Shown here one piece after another: positions 57,131 through 64,000 of a DNA stretch of 64,000 nt; position 1 is the first letter of the stretch; the number at the start of each line of letters is the position of its first letter. The notes below the pieces were generated by a model, which was not told where the DNA came from, searched no databases, and saw nothing but the letters and a program-made list of their open reading frames with translations. This DNA is from a virus, in the IMG/VR virus record IMGVR_UViG_3300009481_003844; one strand, written 5' to 3'. The position numbers and the translations under genes were made by a program.

Positions 57131-58470
57131 CTTGTTTTTACGCCCTTGGTGGAATTAATTATAAAAATGGAGTTATAACAACTTGTCCAAGACAAGCAAA
57201 TCAATTAGTATTTGCTCATGAAACAATATTGCCCTCAGAAATATTTAATCATAAAAATTTTAAAGAACTTAGAAAATCATTATATCAAAATAAATGGCCT
57301 AGTGGATGTGATACATGTGAGAATATGGAACAGGTAGGAGCAAAGTCTATGAGAAAAGATTATGTTTTAAATTCTGATAATTTTTTTCATAAGCCACAAA
57401 AAGACGATTATTCGGACGGAGATCCACAAAAAAATAAATTAAAAGATGAAAAAACAGAAATAAGATTATATGATTGTTATAATCCTATAACACATGAAGT
57501 AAATAGAAAAGGATTGCGACATGTTGAGTTTAGATTTAGTACGGCTTGTAATTTTTCTTGTTTACATTGTTCAAAAGTTTATTCCTCGGGATGGACTAAA
57601 AAATTACGTAATTATGAACCCGATCAAGAAGTTATACTAAATGATTTAAGACAATTGTTAGGAACAGAACATAGACATGGCCCAAATGATAGAAATGAAA
57701 TGTCTTTATCTATTGAAGAATCTTTAAAAATTGTAGAAGACCTGAATGAAAATTTTCCATTATTACAATATGTGGATTTTGCAGGAGGAGAATTACTATA
57801 TCAAAAGCAATTTTTTCCCACATTGAAAAAATTAGCAGATCATCCTAATGCAAAAAATATAAAAATATCTTTTCATACAAATTTTAATGCTGATTTTGAT
57901 GTTGCACTTTTGTCTAAACATCTGGAATGTTTTGGCTCTTCAGCAATAATAATATCTGTTGATGCGGGTAAAACATTTTATTCTTATTTTAGAAATGGGG
58001 GTGAATGGGACAAATTGAAAAATAATATTCAAGAATTTAAAAAAATAAATGATTTTACTTGGGTTGATATGAGTTGTACAACTTCAATTTATCAAATGTT
58101 GGATATATATGATGTTTTTGATTCGTTTTATGATTTGAATTTAAACTTTGATGCATCTATAGTTCAAACTCCACAATATTTGGATCCGTCATTAATACTT
58201 TATGATTTTTATGATGAGACTATGAAAGATATTGAAAAAACATATGAGTTAATTGAAAAAAGACAAAAAAATCCTGAAGGAAAAAGTGATTATTCAAAAT
58301 ATTGGTTTAATTATATTGTGGATTATGTAAAGCAAACGAAAATAAGTTATAATAATTTTAATAGATTTTTAATATATCGAAAAAAATCAGATGAGATTTG
58401 GAATCAAGATTTTAATGATTATTTTGAAAATTATCAAATCGAAAATAATGAATTAGTGAGAGTTAAGTGA
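57124..58470 (+). CDS. Radical SAM protein with N-terminal Twitch domain
   Basis: CFY...TCP...CDTC; CNFSCLHC...SSGW; AGGE; HTN; SVDA. Confidence 0.92.
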   Translation: MLTCFYALGGINYKNGVITTCPRQANQLVFAHETILPSEIFNHKNFKELRKSLYQNKWPSGCDTCENMEQVGAKSMRKDYVLNSDNFFHKPQKDDYSDGDPQKNKLKDEKTEIRLYDCYNPITHEVNRKGLRHVEFRFSTACNFSCLHCSKVYSSGWTKKLRNYEPDQEVILNDLRQLLGTEHRHGPNDRNEMSLSIEESLKIVEDLNENFPLLQYVDFAGGELLYQKQFFPTLKKLADHPNAKNIKISFHTNFNADFDVALLSKHLECFGSSAIIISVDAGKTFYSYFRNGGEWDKLKNNIQEFKKINDFTWVDMSCTTSIYQMLDIYDVFDSFYDLNLNFDASIVQTPQYLDPSLILYDFYDETMKDIEKTYELIEKRQKNPEGKSDYSKYWFNYIVDYVKQTKISYNNFNRFLIYRKKSDEIWNQDFNDYFENYQIENNELVRVK

Positions 58471-59534
58471 AATTAAGTGAATATGATTTTACCAAGATAC
58501 CTTGGAATAAAATTGAACGAGTTGGGACTTGGAAGATGCTGGAGTCTGACTTATTTACAGTTTCATGGTTGTTAGGGAGATTTTGTAATTATAGATGTTC
58601 ATATTGCTGGCCATATGCAAGAAGTAATACTAAAGATCATCGTCCTGTGAAATTATGTCTCAAGACAATTGATGAAATTAAACGACAAGCCAGAGAAAGA
58701 AATTTCAATTCCTTTCATTTTAGTCTATCTGGAGGTGAGCCCACTTTTCATCCAGCATATCTTGATATACTTGAACATCTTGCAGATGATGTAGTATACA
58801 CTAATTATTCATCTGTCCATATGACTTCAAATTGTTCTCGACCTATGAAGTGGTTTGAACGATATGTTGAGTCAGCAAAGAAATTTTCAAGAGCATCTAT
58901 TACTGCATCATTTCATCGTGAATATATTACAAAAAATAAACTTAATGATTTTGCAGATAAACTTGATTTTTGTCAACGTAATGGTGTAAGAGTAACAATT
59001 AATTCTGTAATGGTACCAGAAAAATTTGATGAAATATATAAAGACTTATTGTATTTTTATGAACGAGGCATAAACGTAACACTTAAACCACAAAGTGATC
59101 CTACTGCATCATTTGTTGTTGATGGATATTCTGAAGAACAGATGCAAGTATTGCATAATGGTATGCCTCAGATTACAAACATGGAAGTTAAATCAAAAAA
59201 ACTTCAAAACATTCGTCAAGAATTTGAAATTGTTATGAATGATGATGAAGGAAAAGAGTGGTATCTTGATCAAGCAGAAAGATTTAATGCATTTAATTTT
59301 AATAATTTTAAAGGATGGACTTGCTCTACTGGTTATCGTAGTTGCATTATTCGTGAACCTGATGGAAGCATTAAACGATCTTATTCTTGTGGAGATGCTC
59401 CTTTAGGAAATATAGAAACAGGATTTAAATTATTTGATTCGCCTGTGATATGTACTACAAATGCGTGTGTAAGTTCTGCTGATAGTAAAATTCCTAAAAA
59501 GAAATCTAATTGTACCTTACCATTATGGAAATAG
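58467..59534 (+). CDS. Radical SAM protein with C-terminal SPASM-like domain
   Basis: WLLGRFCNYRCSYCWP; SGGEPT; GWTC..G...G...RSYSC...LGNI...C....C...AD. Confidence 0.92.
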   Translation: MKLSEYDFTKIPWNKIERVGTWKMLESDLFTVSWLLGRFCNYRCSYCWPYARSNTKDHRPVKLCLKTIDEIKRQARERNFNSFHFSLSGGEPTFHPAYLDILEHLADDVVYTNYSSVHMTSNCSRPMKWFERYVESAKKFSRASITASFHREYITKNKLNDFADKLDFCQRNGVRVTINSVMVPEKFDEIYKDLLYFYERGINVTLKPQSDPTASFVVDGYSEEQMQVLHNGMPQITNMEVKSKKLQNIRQEFEIVMNDDEGKEWYLDQAERFNAFNFNNFKGWTCSTGYRSCIIREPDGSIKRSYSCGDAPLGNIETGFKLFDSPVICTTNACVSSADSKIPKKKSNCTLPLWK

Positions 59535-59734
59535 ATAATATTATAAATGATTATTCTTTGAGAGAATTACAAATTATTTCTTCAAGAATATTATCAGAAC
59601 ATGAAGCTACAAATAATTTTATAAAACAATTTAAAGCAGATCATGATAGTCATCAATTTTATAAAAACGTTATTAAATGGTATATTGAAAAATATAAACA
59701 TTTTCCTGAATTGAAAAAATATGATTCCTTCTAA
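59522..59734 (+). CDS. Hypothetical protein
   Basis: About 70 aa ORF coupled to neighbours. Confidence 0.5.
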   Translation: MMEIDNIINDYSLRELQIISSRILSEHEATNNFIKQFKADHDSHQFYKNVIKWYIEKYKHFPELKKYDSF

Positions 59735-61250
59735 AGATAATACTTTTTGTTTTTATCCTTTTTATGCCATGGTTTTTAAACTATGGAAAAAGAATAGTAA
59801 TGAATTAAGAGCAGTTGCACCATGTTGTATGATGCATGACACTAAAGATATAACAGGAATTAAAATAGATGTTTCATATACTGCTACAAATCCTGTGGTT
59901 ATTACAAGTATAAATCATGAATTAATTGATGATGATAAAATAGAAATTTATGAAGTAAATGGAGATGGAGTTGATGTGGGGCCATATACAGTAACAGTAC
60001 TTTCTTCAGATACATTTTCTATTCCTGAAGATGCTACAAAGGGCAATGTTGGTAAATTGAATTATCATATGAGAGAACCGAATTCAATTTTAACTAGAAG
60101 AGATTTAAAAGGATTGTCTCCTCATGATATTTTTCATCATAAAAAATTTGAAGAATTAAGAAAAAACTTACTTAATAATGTGCGGGATTCTCGTTGTTCC
60201 ACATGTTGGAATCAGGAAGATTTGGGAATAATGTCTCATAGAATGTATACACGATGGCAATTTCCAGAAAAATTTAAAACAAGTTTAAAAGAAATAGACA
60301 TATCAATATCTAATAAGTGTAATTTAGCATGTAGAATGTGTAATACAGGATCTTCACATCAACTAAATGAAGATGTGAATAAATTAAGAAAAAATAATAA
60401 ATTGCTTTTATTTGAAGAAGTTTCAGATAATGGTTTAGGATCACTTAATTTACCATTGGATGTTAAAAATAATCATTTAATACAATGGATATATCACAAT
60501 ACTGATAAAATAAAAATTTTAAAAGCATCTGGAGGAGAGCCACTATATGATAGAAATATATTAAATTTGTTAAGAAAATATGTGAAAGATGGTAATAGTA
60601 AATCAACAGAATTACAATTCCATACAAATGCAATGTTAATAACAGATAAAATTATTAAACTCATGGACGAATTTAAATTACAAAGACATTCATTTAGTAT
60701 AGATGGAGTTGATAAGACTTATAATTACATAAGACATAAAGCAAATTTTTCGATTTTAGAAAAAAATATTAAAAATTGGTTTAACAAATCTAATAACATT
60801 TATGCAGTAAATATTAATTTAGTATTGTCTGCGTTAAATATAGGTAATGTTGTTGAGTTTTTGGAATGGACAGCTTTGATGTTTCATGATAAGATTAGAT
60901 GTAATGTTTTTATTTCTGAAGTGCGGCCTCATGGTAGAGGACTCGATATTGCAAATTTACCAATCTCTTATTTAGAAAAAATACGAAAAGATATTATAGA
61001 ATATAGAGATGGTTTTGAAACATTTAGAACTAAAATATATAATTATATGCATAAAGGAAATTTTTTCCATTATGAAATTGATAAATTATTATCGTTAATT
61101 GATCATGCAATAACAAATAATGTATGTGATATTTTTCGTTTATATACTGAAATAACATTATTAGATGAAACAAGAAATCAAAGTTATAAAAATTTTTTAG
61201 ATTCTTCTTTAGTTTCTATTTTAGAAAACTATGAATCGCAAGAAAAATAA
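59721..61250 (+). CDS. Radical SAM protein with N-terminal Twitch domain carrying an inserted beta-domain
   Basis: FCFYPF...PCC-[insert]-...CSTCW; CNLACRMC..GSS; SGGEP; HTN; SIDG. Confidence 0.92.
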   Translation: MIPSKDNTFCFYPFYAMVFKLWKKNSNELRAVAPCCMMHDTKDITGIKIDVSYTATNPVVITSINHELIDDDKIEIYEVNGDGVDVGPYTVTVLSSDTFSIPEDATKGNVGKLNYHMREPNSILTRRDLKGLSPHDIFHHKKFEELRKNLLNNVRDSRCSTCWNQEDLGIMSHRMYTRWQFPEKFKTSLKEIDISISNKCNLACRMCNTGSSHQLNEDVNKLRKNNKLLLFEEVSDNGLGSLNLPLDVKNNHLIQWIYHNTDKIKILKASGGEPLYDRNILNLLRKYVKDGNSKSTELQFHTNAMLITDKIIKLMDEFKLQRHSFSIDGVDKTYNYIRHKANFSILEKNIKNWFNKSNNIYAVNINLVLSALNIGNVVEFLEWTALMFHDKIRCNVFISEVRPHGRGLDIANLPISYLEKIRKDIIEYRDGFETFRTKIYNYMHKGNFFHYEIDKLLSLIDHAITNNVCDIFRLYTEITLLDETRNQSYKNFLDSSLVSILENYESQEK

Positions 61251-62010
61251 TCTTAGATTTGTATTTCCAGTAAATCAACCTGGACTTGGTGATAGATTTA
61301 TCATGACTTCAAATATTCTTTATGCTAGAAAAGAAGTTGAGCATGAATGTTGTATTATTGATATTTTTCTTAAAAATATCAAGCCAAGTAAGGATTATGA
61401 GTTTGATCAAAAACAATATTTAAATCTTACAGATTTTTATGATATTATAGATTTTTTTCATTTTAAAAGACCAGATAAAAGTGAACCATTAATAATTTCA
61501 AATATAATAGATGAAGAACCTCCTCCATTTCATGCCAGCACAGGTCACCGTAATATTGAGTATGAAATAACAAATAATGAATATAAGAGAAGCCACAATT
61601 TTCTTTATAATCGAGAACAATATTGGCCTATAAATTATGATAAAACTATAAAAAAAGATATTATAACATTTATGTTTTATGTAGATGATTCATTACCCGA
61701 ACATAAATTTATTACAGTAGAGGAAGAAAAAGAATTTCAATTATTAAAAACGAATTTATCATCATTTAATTTTCATCGTTTAGAAGATTTTAATTTTAAA
61801 AAAAATGTAGAATTATTATCTAGAAGTAAGTTATTAATATCATCAGAAGGAATGTGGACACATCTTTCAAGAGCAATGGATATTGATACTATTACGATTT
61901 CAAGAGATTCTAAGTTTATTAAAGAATTTACTCGACAAGGTTATTTTTGTTCTGGAATTCAAGAATGTTTAAATGAATTAGAAAAAAGATGTCATGAATC
62001 ACAGGTCTAG
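61231..62010 (+). CDS. GT9 (heptosyltransferase)-like protein, tandem copy 1
   Basis: GLGDRF N-terminal motif; L.S.S.L.I.SEG..THL.RAM...I C-terminal motif. Confidence 0.5.
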   Translation: MNRKKNNLRFVFPVNQPGLGDRFIMTSNILYARKEVEHECCIIDIFLKNIKPSKDYEFDQKQYLNLTDFYDIIDFFHFKRPDKSEPLIISNIIDEEPPPFHASTGHRNIEYEITNNEYKRSHNFLYNREQYWPINYDKTIKKDIITFMFYVDDSLPEHKFITVEEEKEFQLLKTNLSSFNFHRLEDFNFKKNVELLSRSKLLISSEGMWTHLSRAMDIDTITISRDSKFIKEFTRQGYFCSGIQECLNELEKRCHESQV

Positions 62011-62863
62011 TTATTGGGAAACAGGTTATTTTAAAAAAAAGAATCTTAGATTTGTATTTCCAGTAAATCAACCTGGACTGGGTGATAGATTTATCATGGC
62101 CTCAAATATTCTTTTTACTATGAAAGAAGTTGAACACGAATCTTGTATTGTTGATATTTTTCTTAAAAACACAAAGACGGTGCATAAAAGCCAGTATTTA
62201 AATCTTATAGATTTTTATGATATTATAGATTTTTTTCATTTTAAAAGACCAGATGAAAGTGAATCATCAATAATTACAAATATAATAGATGAAGCTCCTC
62301 CTACATATAAAGAGATATTGGCTTCAAAACGAAAAAATATTACAGGTGATGTTGCTTGTCATGATTTTAATTCTAGATATAATGAATATGTTATAAGTAA
62401 TTATTTTCTTTATAACGAAGCACGATATTGGCCTATAAATTATGATAAAACTGCAAAAAAGCAACTTATAACATTTATGTTTTATGTAGATGATTCAGTA
62501 CCCGAACATAAATTTATCACAACAGAGGAAGAAAAAGAATTTAATAAGGTAAAAGATTATTATGGACATTATTTTCATCGACATGAATATTATTTTGTTC
62601 GTTTAGAAGATTTTAATTATAAAAGAAATATAGAATTATTATCTAAAAGTTTGTTTTTAATAGCATCAGAAGGAATGTGGACCCATTTATCTAGAGCAAT
62701 GAAAGTTAATACCATAGCATATTCTAGGGATATTACTTTTATTGAGGAATTTAATAAACAGGGACATTTTTGTTCTGGATTTTTTGAAAAATGTTTAATT
62801 GAATTAGAAAAAAAATGTATAGAATTAAAAAAGAAGAGCAACTTTATAAGTTTGAAGAGATAA
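61994..62863 (+). CDS. GT9-like protein, tandem copy 2
   Basis: Near-identical to copy 1 over long stretches at protein and DNA level. Confidence 0.5.
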   Translation: MNHRSSYWETGYFKKKNLRFVFPVNQPGLGDRFIMASNILFTMKEVEHESCIVDIFLKNTKTVHKSQYLNLIDFYDIIDFFHFKRPDESESSIITNIIDEAPPTYKEILASKRKNITGDVACHDFNSRYNEYVISNYFLYNEARYWPINYDKTAKKQLITFMFYVDDSVPEHKFITTEEEKEFNKVKDYYGHYFHRHEYYFVRLEDFNYKRNIELLSKSLFLIASEGMWTHLSRAMKVNTIAYSRDITFIEEFNKQGHFCSGFFEKCLIELEKKCIELKKKSNFISLKR

Positions 62864-63882
62864 AACATATACATTTTGAACCTACGCAAAGATGTCAGGC
62901 GGCGTGTCCTATGTGTGATAGAACTAATAATCCACATATAAAAAATGCTGAACTTTCTATAGAACAATTTAAACAAATTGTAAATGCTAATTTAGCAAAA
63001 CAATTAAATAGTTTTCTTATGTGTGGTAATCATGGAGATCCTATGATTGCAAAGGATACCCTTGAAATGTTTGACTGGTTACGCTATAATAATAATGAAC
63101 TATATCTTCATATGACTACAAATGCTGGAGGACGATCTGATGATTGGTGGAAAAGACTTGCGGAAATTTTTGGTGATTATGGAAAAGTATCTTTTTCAGT
63201 AGATGGTTTAGAAGACACAAATCATTTATATCGAGTAAATGTAGATTGGAATCGTGTTGAAAATTCAATGGATGTTTTTACTCAAGCAGGAGGAAAAGGT
63301 TATTGGGTATTTTTAATATTTGAACATAATGAACATCAAGTAGAAGAAGCAGAACGAATGGCTAAATTATTTGGACTTGAATTTGTGAGAAAAAAGTCTG
63401 GAAGATGGGTGCAAAGTTATAAAAATAAGAAAATTGACAAAAAGATAACCACTAAGGGGAATGAGATTAAGCCACCAGCTAATCCAGAGAATCAGAATAA
63501 GAGTGTTAACAGTTATGATAAATTGATTAAAAGTCATGGTTCCTTTCAAGAGTATTTAGATAAAACAAAAATAAAATGTAAGTCAATAGATACTAAAGAA
63601 ATTTTTATTTCAGCAGAAGGTCTTGTGACTCCTTGTTGTTGGACTGCTGGAAAATTATATAAAGTATATGAAAAAATAGGACAAAATCAAATATGGTCTT
63701 ATATAGATGATATTAAAAATATTAATGCTTTATATAAACCTTTAAATGAAATTATTGAAGGAGATTTTTTTAAAAAGATTAAACAATCTTGGAATTTGCC
63801 TTCTTGTTCACAAGGAAAATCAAAAGTTTGTGCAGAGAAGTGTGGTACTGATTTTAACGCATTTGCAGATCAATGGAAATAA
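62815..63882 (+). CDS. Radical SAM protein with C-terminal SPASM/Twitch domain
   Basis: CQAACPMC; CGNHGDP; TTNAG; FSVDGL; IKC...IFI...G.V.PCC...C...CG. Confidence 0.93.
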   Translation: MYRIKKEEQLYKFEEIKHIHFEPTQRCQAACPMCDRTNNPHIKNAELSIEQFKQIVNANLAKQLNSFLMCGNHGDPMIAKDTLEMFDWLRYNNNELYLHMTTNAGGRSDDWWKRLAEIFGDYGKVSFSVDGLEDTNHLYRVNVDWNRVENSMDVFTQAGGKGYWVFLIFEHNEHQVEEAERMAKLFGLEFVRKKSGRWVQSYKNKKIDKKITTKGNEIKPPANPENQNKSVNSYDKLIKSHGSFQEYLDKTKIKCKSIDTKEIFISAEGLVTPCCWTAGKLYKVYEKIGQNQIWSYIDDIKNINALYKPLNEIIEGDFFKKIKQSWNLPSCSQGKSKVCAEKCGTDFNAFADQWK

Positions 63883-64000
63883 AAATTAATTGTCTTAAAT
63901 GGGGAACAAAATATGATTCTTCATATGTTAATAGAACATATGGTGGGTTATTAAAACATTGTAATGAATCATTTCATTTCGTTTGTTATACTGATAATCC
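63873..64000 (+). CDS. Glycosyltransferase (KWG.KY family), 3'-truncated by window edge
   Basis: CLKWGTKY...YVNR.Y......FHFVCYTD. Confidence 0.7.
   Translation, partial: MEIKINCLKWGTKYDSSYVNRTYGGLLKHCNESFHFVCYTDN

Noticed and set aside
2997-63549. All minus-strand ORFs in the track (for example 7880-8182, 22274-22714, 34808-35287, 50847-51251) and short alternate-frame plus-strand ORFs
   Set aside because: They are shadows of well-supported + strand genes, with no RBS or recognisable motifs
1-64000. CRISPR array, integrase, transposase, homing endonuclease or rRNA
   Set aside because: No regularly spaced direct repeats or corresponding protein/RNA motifs were seen

Overview
All credible genes lie on the + strand of a very AT-rich, densely packed genome segment. 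It is best read as a large T4-like (marine-type) myovirus: T4 RNase H, a Cas4-like exonuclease, an FmdB zinc ribbon, a SleB hydrolase, a DenV-like glycosylase and CCA-encoding tRNAs. About 1-15 kb is an early/accessory region with many small ORFs, ClpP, a CmoA-like methyltransferase and four tRNAs (Gly, Tyr, Asp, Asn). It also holds three near-identical sigma70 promoter + hairpin leader cassettes, three GC-rich structured ncRNA candidates, and an unannotated SelW/Rdx-family selenoprotein gene (CxxU, in-frame UGA, SECIS-like hairpin) that the ORF track misses. About 15-21 kb holds conserved T4-like genes. From about 20.9 kb to the window end is a >43 kb translationally coupled modification island: 14 radical SAM enzymes, 2 stand-alone SPASM-like proteins, 5 SGNH proteins, about 7 glycosyltransferase-like proteins, 2 amidinotransferases, a carbamoyltransferase, a halogenase-like flavoprotein, a QueC-like ATPase, a sulfotransferase, a cytidylyltransferase, PLP enzymes and several Fe(II)/2OG oxygenases. 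Its product is unknown. All family assignments come from motif recognition by eye; no database searches were run.
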